From positions 17,624 through 81,623 of IMG/VR virus record IMGVR_UViG_3300042894_007649: a DNA stretch of 64,000 nt; one strand, given 5' to 3'. This stretch comes from a virus. Below the pieces are notes generated by a model. It was not told where the DNA came from and searched no databases. It saw only the letters and a list, made by a program, of their open reading frames with translations. This document shows, one piece after another, positions 1 to 9,217 of the stretch (positions within the stretch are counted from its first letter, which is position 1; every line of letters begins with the position of its first letter). The translations under genes and the position numbers were made by a program.

Positions 1-10
1 ATATCGTGAG

Positions 11-211
11 ATGTTTGTTTATTATTTGACAAAAGGCGGCAAGATACCGACTCCTAGTGGTTACAGAGAGATGTTTAAGTCTAATAAAAGAATGGACAAT
101 GAAATTGATGAAATTTTATTGAAAGTACAAAGTCTTTCTGATCAATTAAGAAATGTTTTAGAGGCTTGTAGAGGTGATGTGGTGATTGATACTAGAAGCA
201 ACAAGGGATAG
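11..211 (+). CDS. hypothetical protein (start may lie upstream of the window)
   Basis: 66-aa ORF converging on the 214..1464 gene; short coiled-coil-like segment; no recognisable motif. Confidence 0.4.
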   Translation: MFVYYLTKGGKIPTPSGYREMFKSNKRMDNEIDEILLKVQSLSDQLRNVLEACRGDVVIDTRSNKG

Positions 212-213
212 TT

Positions 214-1464
214 TCAATTTTTTTTCACATATTTTCTTTCTAGTATTTCTCTGGCTTGTATTACAGCATTGCTGAGTCTTTCGAGGACTTTGCGTTTTAT
301 TTCTGGTGTGAGTTGTTTCGTGTATAAATCAAAATCAGGATCTGACTTTAAAGGACTGATATAATTTTGCGCTTTTGCATCAACAAAAGGTGCCGTAATA
401 CCGCTAACAATACCAGTTTTAACATCTCTAAGAATACTTTTAAACTCGTCAAAAAAGTCTTTCATCCAATTAACAAAAGGAGAATTATCATTTCTTGATG
501 TGTTTGTTAGATTAGGTCTTGGTGCGCCTCTTAGTTGTTGTGCTATAATTTCGATTTGATATTTAGTTTTTTGATAATCTGTTGAATTGTTGACCAGATC
601 GAATATTTTTTGAACCATTTCTCCAATATTAGCTTCTATTTCCATTTCGTTTGACTTATATGTTTTAAGGTCTTCGTAATTATATTTATTTCCATATGGT
701 GAATAATATTTATCAGCCCGAATATTGTAAATTAATTTTGGATCAATGCAATGTATTATTTCGTGTACTAGCAGTGTTTTTATTTCTTCTTTGTTTTTTC
801 CACACATGTATTTTTCGTTTATATGTACTGTACCTAATATTTTTATTATTTTTGTTTCTTCATCAAAGTAATATTTAATTTGACGAATACCAATATTTTT
901 ACCATAAATAATTTCGTCTCGATGACCTTTCAAATCTGATTGTAATTCACGCATATATTTGCCGTATTGTTCGGAATAGTATTTGTCAAAAATTTCAGTT
1001 ATATTTTTATAATTGTTATCAATAATTTCATCTACTTTTTCTTTTAATTCTAAATAATCTGTTTTTATTTCTTCTGTGTTTGCCCATCCTGCTGCGTGTG
1101 TCATTGTTTCAGTTTTTTCTGGATCAATTATAATTTTTATGATTTGATTTGGTGTTTGTGGTGTTTGTAATTGATCTACTTGTTTTTTTATTTCTTCAAT
1201 TACTGGATCTTTTTGCATTTGATCCCATTTAAAAATTAAGTTTAATCTAGAAATTTCAGGATTCTCAACATTAGATTTTTTTATATATTTGTTATTAAAT
1301 TCTACTAAATTCATTTCAAATTTTTTGCCTGTATTCTTAGATTCACAAATTTGGCTCATGATTTCTGGCAAGTGTTGATCGATTGCTGCTAATACTTCTG
1401 GAGGAAGAGTTATGTTTTTCCCTTCGTTGAGTTCTTGTTGATAGAAAAATTGTTTAAAATTCAT
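214..1464 (-). CDS. zincin-like metallopeptidase with capsid-targeting-like leader
   Basis: LVHEIIHCID (HExxH) plus downstream EIEAN third ligand; N-terminus MNFKQFFYQQELNE; CTAAATA box 4 nt before ATG. Confidence 0.65.
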   Translation of the reverse strand: MNFKQFFYQQELNEGKNITLPPEVLAAIDQHLPEIMSQICESKNTGKKFEMNLVEFNNKYIKKSNVENPEISRLNLIFKWDQMQKDPVIEEIKKQVDQLQTPQTPNQIIKIIIDPEKTETMTHAAGWANTEEIKTDYLELKEKVDEIIDNNYKNITEIFDKYYSEQYGKYMRELQSDLKGHRDEIIYGKNIGIRQIKYYFDEETKIIKILGTVHINEKYMCGKNKEEIKTLLVHEIIHCIDPKLIYNIRADKYYSPYGNKYNYEDLKTYKSNEMEIEANIGEMVQKIFDLVNNSTDYQKTKYQIEIIAQQLRGAPRPNLTNTSRNDNSPFVNWMKDFFDEFKSILRDVKTGIVSGITAPFVDAKAQNYISPLKSDPDFDLYTKQLTPEIKRKVLERLSNAVIQAREILERKYVKKN

Positions 1465-1546
1465 AATTTATTTAGAATAATGTTAATTATTTTTTAATGT
1501 GCAAGTGAACATTGTCAATATAAAATTTAATTTTCAATTTATTTAT

Positions 1547-1554
1547 TATAAATA
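1547..1554 (+). promoter_or_regulatory. T4-type late promoter TATAAATA
   Basis: Exact T4 gp55 late consensus in the intergenic region upstream of 1616. Confidence 0.55.
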
Positions 1555-1615
1555 ACATTAAGTTAAAATGTTTTGGAGGATGCAGATTTATTCACGTTGT
1601 TGAAAAACGTGTTTT

Positions 1616-2953
1616 ATGCTTAAAAATATGATAAACAAATATAATCCTAGAATAAATCCATATCTTGAATTTGTTTACAAAAAGAATTATGGCGTTGTTG
1701 ACAGTTATCTTTTTGAACAAGATGATGTTCTAACAGGAAATCCTTCACAGGGAGATTTTCAGCAAAGTGGATCTAATGCACAGCCACAAAAAATACCAAA
1801 ATTTGATGCTGGAAAAATTCTAGGTTCCTTCACATCTGGATTTAAGAAGTCTTATGATGCTTCCAGTGTTTTTAGTCCAGAAGAAATACAGATGTATGAG
1901 GGCATGAAGAGTAAAATTGATCCATATGTTAAAAAGGCTATCGACTTTTGTAATAACCCTACTATGCAATTTTTGTTGAAATATCTTAAAATTTCATTGC
2001 CTCTTGGCGTTGCTGTAACCGCTGCTGCGCTTGTGGGCGGATCTGTACCAATGGTTACAGTAGTTTATTTTGTGCAGAAATATTTTGCCTCTGCTACGGC
2101 TTGGTTGATAGGACTAAAACATCATAAAGAAGAAAAGCATGAGTCTTTTAGTTTTAGTGATTATTATCATAGAAGACTTTTAGAAGAAGGCATTTATGAC
2201 GACATAACTGCTGGAGCGGGAATGGTTGGTGGAGCATTGGGCAATGTCGCTGGTAATGTTTACAAGTATGGTAATTTAGCTCGTAAAAATTTAGTATCAA
2301 TGGGATCTTCTGCGCTATCAGCGGCATCATCAATAGGATCTTCTGCCAAAAAATTATTTTCAGACATATGGAGTTCAATGAAGTCGAATCCTTATTCTAC
2401 TACTGTTACTGCTATGAAAATAAGTATTGTTGTTGCTGTTGCCGTTGCATCTGGAGGAGCAGCCGCAACTGCATATAAAATGTTAACATCACCAGAAGGT
2501 TTGTCAACTATTTCTGGCATTGTTGCTACTATGGGAGTTGCTAGTGCTGAAGAAGCAACTAAAACACTTGCAGATGTTGGCCATCAAATGGCAGCAGGTC
2601 ATGCAATCGATGCTGCTGGTCATTCAATCGATGCCGCTGGCCATGCAGGTCATGCCGCTCATGCTGCTGGCCATGCTGGTCATGCCGCTCATGCCGCTGG
2701 CCATGCAGGTCATGCCGCTCATGCCGCTGGCCATGCAGGTCACGCTGCTCACGCTGCTCACGCTGCTGGCCACGCTGCTCACGCTGCTGGCCATGCTGCT
2801 CATGGTCATGGTTTGGCTCATGATTTATTACACATGGGTACTCATGGAGCGTCTGATGCTGCGGCACACGTTACTGATGCCAGCAAAAAGAATCATCCTG
2901 AATTAGCAAAATTGGCCAAAACAATTCATGGATTTACCTTAGGTGGAACTTAA
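1616..2953 (+). CDS. membrane-inserting protein with His/Ala/Gly-rich C-terminal repeats; paralog of 14376..15860
   Basis: Hydrophobic Gly/Ala segments; internal SFSDYYHRRLLEE motif; HAAGHAG repeats. Confidence 0.7.
   Translation: MLKNMINKYNPRINPYLEFVYKKNYGVVDSYLFEQDDVLTGNPSQGDFQQSGSNAQPQKIPKFDAGKILGSFTSGFKKSYDASSVFSPEEIQMYEGMKSKIDPYVKKAIDFCNNPTMQFLLKYLKISLPLGVAVTAAALVGGSVPMVTVVYFVQKYFASATAWLIGLKHHKEEKHESFSFSDYYHRRLLEEGIYDDITAGAGMVGGALGNVAGNVYKYGNLARKNLVSMGSSALSAASSIGSSAKKLFSDIWSSMKSNPYSTTVTAMKISIVVAVAVASGGAAATAYKMLTSPEGLSTISGIVATMGVASAEEATKTLADVGHQMAAGHAIDAAGHSIDAAGHAGHAAHAAGHAGHAAHAAGHAGHAAHAAGHAGHAAHAAHAAGHAAHAAGHAAHGHGLAHDLLHMGTHGASDAAAHVTDASKKNHPELAKLAKTIHGFTLGGT
2594..2812 (+). repeat. 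coding His-Ala-Gly tandem repeat (about 27-bp units, e.g. GCTGGCCATGCAGGTCATGCCGCTCAT)
   Basis: Directly visible in-frame imperfect tandem repeat. Confidence 0.9.
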
Positions 2954-2970
2954 AATTCATTGAGATTTTT

Positions 2971-4425
2971 TCAAATAATTTGATCTAATTCTTTTGTTTC
3001 AAGTTCATTAACGATATTAATATGTGTACCCATAAAGTTATAGGTTATGTCTAGTAATATCTTTTTTTGTGCATATGTTATCAGTCCGTATTCATAATTT
3101 TCTTCATGGTTAAATTGGTATAACATTCTATTTTCTGGATATTCTATATTTTGTGTGAATAGGTTAAAGAATTGATTTTTTATTCCCTTATATGATATAT
3201 TTACACCTTTGAATTGTTTGTCATCTGTTTTCTGATGAGTCATTAAAAAGTCTATTACTATATCATCTGATGGATTTATGTTATTTTTCTTGAGCATATA
3301 ATATACTTTTGCTGGGTAAAAATCTCTATTATTGTTAAATAGCGCATTGTCTGCTTCCATTGCGAACTTTCTTAGCCATGTTTTATCTCCTTCATTTTCT
3401 TTTTTTATTTGTTCTTCTTTTATTTTCATTTTATTTTGTATTTCTGAGTTATTTTTACCTTTTAATTCACGACCAATATATTTGAAACCATATTTCCATA
3501 AAAATCTTTTCATTTCAAGTGAGTCATAAATATTATCTTTATTTGATGCGAAAATATTAAATGATGATGATGGAATTATAATTTTACCTTTCATTGATTC
3601 TTTTTCAGGTGAATTTTGTATTGTTTCTTCAAACTGAAAGTATGAGTTTTCAAAGAAATTCATTTTTATGGCTCTGTTCATAGCCGTTTTTACAAGATCT
3701 AAGTATTTTGGTTCTTCTGGTTTGCCCAAGTATCCTACTCCTGCTGATCTGATTAATTCTTTAACGGAAGGAGATGCAATAGATGCCAAGTAAGCTGTTG
3801 AGGCATTATCTCTTGTTTGCAATGCCTTATCGAATTCATTTGGAAGATATTCCAATATAGATCCATTGTTGTGGATTAACTGTGTCAGTTCGTTTACTTT
3901 ATATACAATTTGATTAACATTAAATATTGGTGTTTGTTCTTTTGTTTTTTTGATTAATTGTAATATTTCTTTCCATGGATTTTGATTGCTATATATGTCC
4001 ATAGATACTTCTATAATGTTGTCTTTATCTTTATTTGTAAAATTATGCCATATGTCGAAAAATTGATTATCTTGCCAATTTCTTGAGAATCCTGTTCTAA
4101 TTCTTCTTTCTTCTGGAATTTTTTCAAAAGTCTCTGGATATTTTTCTTGCATTATTTCTATAAAAATTTCTGTTCTCATATGTCTTTTTAGAACTATAAA
4201 AGACATATCGTCGATAATTTCGTCGATTACTTTGTTTCCTTTGTCGATTATTTTGTCTTCAATTTCCTTGTCATATTCTGTTCTTTGGGTTGATAATTCT
4301 CCATGGATGTTCGGCATTTTTTGTATTGCTGCAAGAGTATAAAAGTCATAGAACTCTTGAGCCTTAAATTCCAATAATGGTTTCTTATGGTTTTTAAAAA
4401 ACCATTCTTTAAAATTCATTTTCAT
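2971..4425 (-). CDS. hypothetical protein with capsid-targeting-like leader
   Basis: 484-aa ORF; N-terminus (MK)MNFKEWFFKNHKKPLLE; GATAAATA-AACATT-ATG upstream. Confidence 0.75.
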   Translation of the reverse strand: MKMNFKEWFFKNHKKPLLEFKAQEFYDFYTLAAIQKMPNIHGELSTQRTEYDKEIEDKIIDKGNKVIDEIIDDMSFIVLKRHMRTEIFIEIMQEKYPETFEKIPEERRIRTGFSRNWQDNQFFDIWHNFTNKDKDNIIEVSMDIYSNQNPWKEILQLIKKTKEQTPIFNVNQIVYKVNELTQLIHNNGSILEYLPNEFDKALQTRDNASTAYLASIASPSVKELIRSAGVGYLGKPEEPKYLDLVKTAMNRAIKMNFFENSYFQFEETIQNSPEKESMKGKIIIPSSSFNIFASNKDNIYDSLEMKRFLWKYGFKYIGRELKGKNNSEIQNKMKIKEEQIKKENEGDKTWLRKFAMEADNALFNNNRDFYPAKVYYMLKKNNINPSDDIVIDFLMTHQKTDDKQFKGVNISYKGIKNQFFNLFTQNIEYPENRMLYQFNHEENYEYGLITYAQKKILLDITYNFMGTHINIVNELETKELDQII

Positions 4426-4478
4426 AATGTTTATTTATCAAAAAATTAATTCTTTTTTCAATAAATAAACATTATGAA
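4421..4478. promoter_or_regulatory. back-to-back divergent late promoters forming an 18-bp perfect inverted repeat
   Basis: TTCATAATGTTTATTTAT (4421-4438) and ATAAATAAACATTATGAA (4461-4478); each arm is ATAAATA-AACATT-ATG. Confidence 0.75.
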
Positions 4479-6060
4479 CTTTAAACAATGGTTGATTTTA
4501 TCTGAAGAACTGTATACACAGAATAACACTGCTACTATATTCCATAGAACAATTTTTGAATATGTACGACAAATGATGAACGATGGATTTCGAGCAGGTG
4601 AGGGTGATTTTCATGGACCGGGACTTTATACCACTTATACATTAGAAGGTACAACAAATTTAGGCTATGGAGATTATGTTGTTAAATTAAAAGTAAATAA
4701 TTTAAATAATTACTTTGTTCTTGAGCCAGATGTTGCCAAACAAATACATGGAAATAATTGGAAATTAAAAGATCAAGCAAGAATTCTTAAATTGACATTA
4801 AAATTAACTGATGAACAATGGCAGAAATACCAAAAAATAAGCGAAGATGGAGAATTTGGAAGTGCTGCTGCATCAAGAGCATTAAAAGATGATGAACATT
4901 TTTTATGGGAACATAAATGCAAAGGTATTGTTTATAATGGAGCGCAAGACGGCAAATGTATATGTGTGTATGCACCTTATGAAGGACTTAAGTTTTTGGC
5001 ATATGCATATGCACCAACACCTACGACTGTAGATTTTATTGAGAAAAATTGGATTAAATCTGGTCAAGGTGTAAGTATTAGATCAATATCTGATCTTAAG
5101 TTCCCAAATGAGAAAATTGGTTTTACTTCAGTTGAAAAACAATATGACCTTGAAGAAGAAAAAGTTATTCCTTCACAAATTTTAGATGATGTTCGCAAAA
5201 GTGAATATGTAAAATTAAGATTTTATATGAAAAAAAATAAATTAACTGGCGATAATGTTTTTCATTTGCTTCTTGGCGCACCTGACAAAGAAAAAATGGC
5301 AGAAATATTAGGTTCAGACAATATTAATAAAATAAATCGTGAATATGTAAGATTTTTGCTTGATAGCGCATCTAACAGACAGGAAATGATAAATTTAATA
5401 ATTAAATATAAAACAGAATTTTCTGGTGAAGATGTTCATAATTTGCTTAGTGGTGCATCTGACAAGGAAAAAATAGCAAGAATATTAGGTCAAAATAATA
5501 TTGATAAATTAACTGTTCGTCATGTTCATAATTTGCTTAGTGATGCATCTGACATAGAAGAAATGGGAAGAATATTACGTCAAAATAATATTGATAAATT
5601 AACTGATGGTCATGTTCATAATTTGCTTAGTGGTGCATCTGACAAGGAAAAAATAGCAAGAATATTAGGTCAAAATAATATTGATAAATTAACTGTTGGT
5701 TCTTTTTATGGTTTGCTTAGTGGTGCATCTGACAAAGAGAAAATAGTAGAAATATTAGGTCCAGACAATATTAATCAATTTTCTGATCATCATGTTTATT
5801 ATTTGCTTAGTGGTGCATCTGACAAAGATCAAATGGCAAGAATATTAGGGCAAGAAAATATTGAAAAATTATCTAGCGATAATGTTCATAGTTTGCTTTA
5901 TAGAACACTTGACAAAGAGAAAATGGCAGAAATATTGGGTCCAAAAAATATCGCTAAATTATCTGACGATTATGTTAAATATTTTATTGATAATGCAAAA
6001 AATCCAGAAGAAATGGCAAGAATATTAGGTAAAGAAAATATTGAAAAAATACACAAGTAA
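4474..6060 (+). CDS. ADP-ribosyltransferase-like domain plus 30-aa helical repeats, with leader
   Basis: IFHRT...GF..G.G..HGPGLYTT...YGDYVVKLKV resembles H-Y-type ART folds; C-terminal 90-bp repeats; leader MNFKQWLILSE. Confidence 0.65.
   Translation: MNFKQWLILSEELYTQNNTATIFHRTIFEYVRQMMNDGFRAGEGDFHGPGLYTTYTLEGTTNLGYGDYVVKLKVNNLNNYFVLEPDVAKQIHGNNWKLKDQARILKLTLKLTDEQWQKYQKISEDGEFGSAAASRALKDDEHFLWEHKCKGIVYNGAQDGKCICVYAPYEGLKFLAYAYAPTPTTVDFIEKNWIKSGQGVSIRSISDLKFPNEKIGFTSVEKQYDLEEEKVIPSQILDDVRKSEYVKLRFYMKKNKLTGDNVFHLLLGAPDKEKMAEILGSDNINKINREYVRFLLDSASNRQEMINLIIKYKTEFSGEDVHNLLSGASDKEKIARILGQNNIDKLTVRHVHNLLSDASDIEEMGRILRQNNIDKLTDGHVHNLLSGASDKEKIARILGQNNIDKLTVGSFYGLLSGASDKEKIVEILGPDNINQFSDHHVYYLLSGASDKDQMARILGQENIEKLSSDNVHSLLYRTLDKEKMAEILGPKNIAKLSDDYVKYFIDNAKNPEEMARILGKENIEKIHK
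5241..6060 (+). repeat. coding 90-bp (30-aa) repeats, consensus LTxxxVxxLLxxASDKExMARILGxxNIDK
   Basis: Units visible at 5431, 5521, 5611 etc.; same repeat family in the next two genes. Confidence 0.85.
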
Positions 6061-6137
6061 TTTATCTAAATAAACATTATGAACTTTAAACAATGGTTGA
6101 TTTTATCTGAAGCGATAACTGTTGATGGAAAAGAATT
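6011..6137 (+). repeat. 127-bp direct repeat copy 1 (gene tail + promoter + leader junction)
   Basis: Identical to 7403-7529; 46-bp core also at 4462-4507. Confidence 0.9.
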
Positions 6138-7452
6138 TCGTGAGCCATTGAATGCATTGAGACACATACAAGAAACTCATCCAAACCCAGAAAATATTTT
6201 TGTTACATTTACAGCAATTGACAAAGTTGGAATCAATCCAAAAAGTGGATACGATACGCCTCTTGGAATTTACTTTTATCCATTAGATTATGTGGTTAAA
6301 AATGAAATGAATGTTCCATTTGCTGGAGATAAACCTTATATTAATGTTTGCGAGTTTACAAGACCAGACAAAATATTGCATATGAATCCTGATATAGAAA
6401 ATCAGAAGGGATTGGAATTACTTGATATATTTCCAAAAGAAGAAGTTGATGCTGCAATAGAAAGCCTTGAGAACAATTATGAATTGCGTAGTAATTATTC
6501 TAAATTATGGCTTATCACAAGAGAAATAGCAGGAAATAAACCTGTTTTATGGAATGCTAATTTAAGAAAATGTGGGATTGATGGATTTGTAGATCATAAT
6601 ACTAAAACAATTCATGAAAGCGAGCCAACTCAAGGTGTTGTTTTTACTGGTACTGCGTTGAGAAGGATACTTGTGATTCCACAAATATTGAGGAAGCCAT
6701 TACCTGATATAAACAAAATTACTGTACATCAGATTGAAAACTTGTTAAAAAATAGAAATTTGTTTAATACTGATATTCAAAAATTTCTTGATGACGCAAA
6801 AAACAAAGATGAAATAGCAAGAATTATAATTCAATATAAACCAGAATTGTCTAATGAAGATATTTATACTTTGCTTTATTATGCAGAAAATAAAGATGAA
6901 ATAGCAAGAATATTGGGTTCAGACAATATTAATAAATTATCTAATGATGATATTTATGGTTTGCTTAGACTTACAAAAAACAAAGATGAAATGGCAGGAA
7001 TATTTTCATCAGACAATATTAATAAACTATCTGATGAAAATGTTTTTAATTTGCTTATTTATACAAAAAACAAAGGTCAAATGGCAAGAATATTAGGTCC
7101 AGACAATATTAATAAATTAACTGCTAAAAATGTTTCTGATTTGCTTGAGTATGCATCTAGACATAAAAAAATGGCAGAAATGGCAGAAATATTAGGGCAA
7201 GAAAATATTAATAAATTAACTAATAGTGGTGTTTATAATTTGCTTCGTAATGCATATGACATAGAAGAAATGGCAAGAATATTAGGTAAAGAAAATATTG
7301 ATAAATTATCTGGTAATACTGTTCTTGGTTTGCTTCGTTATGCATCTAACAAAGATCAAATGGCAAGAATATTAGGTAAAGGTTATGCATCTAACAAAGA
7401 TCAAATGGCAAGAATATTAGGTAAAGAAAATATTGAAAAAATACACAAGTAA
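6079..7452 (+). CDS. divergent ART-like domain plus 30-aa repeats, with leader
   Basis: TFTAIDKVGINPKSGYDTPLGIYFYP...GIDGFVD...IHESEPTQGVVF; same leader and same C-terminus (MARILGKENIEKIHK) as the 4474 gene. Confidence 0.55.
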   Translation: MNFKQWLILSEAITVDGKEFREPLNALRHIQETHPNPENIFVTFTAIDKVGINPKSGYDTPLGIYFYPLDYVVKNEMNVPFAGDKPYINVCEFTRPDKILHMNPDIENQKGLELLDIFPKEEVDAAIESLENNYELRSNYSKLWLITREIAGNKPVLWNANLRKCGIDGFVDHNTKTIHESEPTQGVVFTGTALRRILVIPQILRKPLPDINKITVHQIENLLKNRNLFNTDIQKFLDDAKNKDEIARIIIQYKPELSNEDIYTLLYYAENKDEIARILGSDNINKLSNDDIYGLLRLTKNKDEMAGIFSSDNINKLSDENVFNLLIYTKNKGQMARILGPDNINKLTAKNVSDLLEYASRHKKMAEMAEILGQENINKLTNSGVYNLLRNAYDIEEMARILGKENIDKLSGNTVLGLLRYASNKDQMARILGKGYASNKDQMARILGKENIEKIHK

Positions 7453-7529
7453 TTTATCTAAATAAACATTATGAACTTTAAACAATGGTTGATTTTATCT
7501 GAAGCGATAACTGTTGATGGAAAAGAATT
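7403..7529 (+). repeat. 127-bp direct repeat copy 2
   Basis: Identical to 6011-6137 (offset 1392). Confidence 0.9.
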
Positions 7530-8676
7530 CCGTCAGCCATTGGATGCGTTGAAATACATCCAGAATAATCATCCAAATCCAGAAAATCTTTTCATTACAT
7601 TTACAGCAATTGACAAGGTTGGCATCAATCCGAAAAGTCAATATGATACACCTCTTGGAATTTACTTTTATCCATTAGATTATGTGGTTAAAAATGAAAT
7701 GAATGTTGAATTTGCTGGAAATCAGCCTTATATCAATCTTTGTGAATTTATAAGGCCAGACAAAATATTGCATATGAATCCTGATATAGAAAATCAGAAG
7801 GGATTGGAATTACTTGATATATTTCCAAAAGAAGAAGTTGATGCTGCGTTGCGAAGTATCGAAGAAAAATATGAATTGCGTAGCGACTATTCAAAATTAT
7901 GGCTTGTGACGAAAGAACTTGCTTCAGATAAACCTATATTGTGGAATGCCAATTTAAGAAAATGTGGCATTGATGGATTTGTAGATCATGGCACTAAAAC
8001 AATTCACAGAAGTGAGCCAACTCAAGGCGTTGTTTTAACAGGTACTTCATTAAAAAGAATACTTGTGATTCCACAGGTATTATTTAGCAAACAAGGCGAC
8101 AGTATACCAGTAAGAAAAACATCAATTGATATAAGCAAAATTCCTAAAAGAGATATTGAAAAATTATTTAAAAATAGAATCATAACCAATAGTGATGTTA
8201 TTAGGTTCATTAGTTACTCATCAGATAGAGATAAGGCTATAAAAATTATAATTCATTATAAAAAAGAATTATCTAGCGATAATGTTCATTGGATGTTTGA
8301 ATATGCTGTTGATAAAGATGAAATTGGAAGAGAATTAGGTCCAGACAATATCAATAAGTTGTCTGAGAATCAGATTGGTAGTTTAATTTATTCTCCAAAT
8401 ACCAGAAATAAAATACTAAGAATTATAGTTGGATATAGAAAAGAAATACCAAATCGTAATATCAAGTTTTTGCTTGGAAGTGTTTATTCTAGGCCTGAAA
8501 TAGAAGAGATGGCAGAAATATTAGGTTCAGGCAACATCAATAAATTATCTCACAATGATTTTTCTCAAATAATTGATTATTCATATTCAAAAGATTTATT
8601 GAAAAGCGTATTGAGAAACCATTATACAGGATCAGATTCACAAATAATTTCTTTACTAACCAGTGAGTACCAGTGA
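7471..8676 (+). CDS. paralog of 6079..7452 (divergent ART-like domain plus diverged repeats)
   Basis: First about 200 aa nearly identical to the 6079 gene; C-terminal repeats diverged. Confidence 0.55.
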   Translation: MNFKQWLILSEAITVDGKEFRQPLDALKYIQNNHPNPENLFITFTAIDKVGINPKSQYDTPLGIYFYPLDYVVKNEMNVEFAGNQPYINLCEFIRPDKILHMNPDIENQKGLELLDIFPKEEVDAALRSIEEKYELRSDYSKLWLVTKELASDKPILWNANLRKCGIDGFVDHGTKTIHRSEPTQGVVLTGTSLKRILVIPQVLFSKQGDSIPVRKTSIDISKIPKRDIEKLFKNRIITNSDVIRFISYSSDRDKAIKIIIHYKKELSSDNVHWMFEYAVDKDEIGRELGPDNINKLSENQIGSLIYSPNTRNKILRIIVGYRKEIPNRNIKFLLGSVYSRPEIEEMAEILGSGNINKLSHNDFSQIIDYSYSKDLLKSVLRNHYTGSDSQIISLLTSEYQ

Positions 8677-8727
8677 TTAATCATTTATTGTTAATTGAAT
8701 AAAAATTTTATTATCTTGGGCCGATTT

Positions 8728-9201
8728 CTATGCTTTTTTTGCATTTGCTGATTTATTTTGTATATATTCAATTGCTATATTGTTAGCGAATCCCTTCATA
8801 TTTTCTGGTGTAACTGATTGTGGGTTGGCCGCAATTTTTTGCAATCTGGTTTGCACGAGTTGTAGGATTTCGTTTTTTGCTAATTGACTGAGCATTCCTG
8901 TTTTTTCGTCCCATAGTGAGTCATTTATGTCGAATATTTCTGCATTTGCTACACCTCCTCTTGTGGAGTCGGGTAGAGACATAGCTTGTTGTATTAGTTT
9001 TCCTGCGTCTTGACGATTTTTGATGAGGTTGAAAATTTGTCCAGCTATTTGTCCTGCTTGTATTATTGAATCTATTCCCAATAATCCTGTGACCATTCCT
9101 GCTGCTTGGCCAGCGACTCCTTTTGCAATTTGTCCTACTGTGTTTGTTTGTGTGATATTTGCTTCACGCATTTGAACATAATTTGAGAATGAAAGTTTCA
9201 T
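8728..9201 (-). CDS. small protein with leader and a hydrophobic Gly/Ala helix
   Basis: MKLSFSNYVQMRE; TACATA-AGTT-ATG promoter variant. Confidence 0.7.
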   Translation of the reverse strand: MKLSFSNYVQMREANITQTNTVGQIAKGVAGQAAGMVTGLLGIDSIIQAGQIAGQIFNLIKNRQDAGKLIQQAMSLPDSTRGGVANAEIFDINDSLWDEKTGMLSQLAKNEILQLVQTRLQKIAANPQSVTPENMKGFANNIAIEYIQNKSANAKKA

Positions 9202-9217
9202 AACTTATGTATTATTT

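Noticed and set aside
1462-1495. Start-codon hairpins at 1464, 9201 and 11321 like the one at 18445
   Set aside because: Only 5-7 AT-rich base pairs, expected by chance
2520-2906. Alternative-frame ORFs over the His-rich repeat (2520+, 2559-, 2624-)
   Set aside because: Frame shadows of a low-complexity GC-rich repeat; no independent start signals
4474-8676. Diversity-generating retroelement behind the paralog repeats
   Set aside because: No reverse transcriptase in the window and the differences are not adenine-specific
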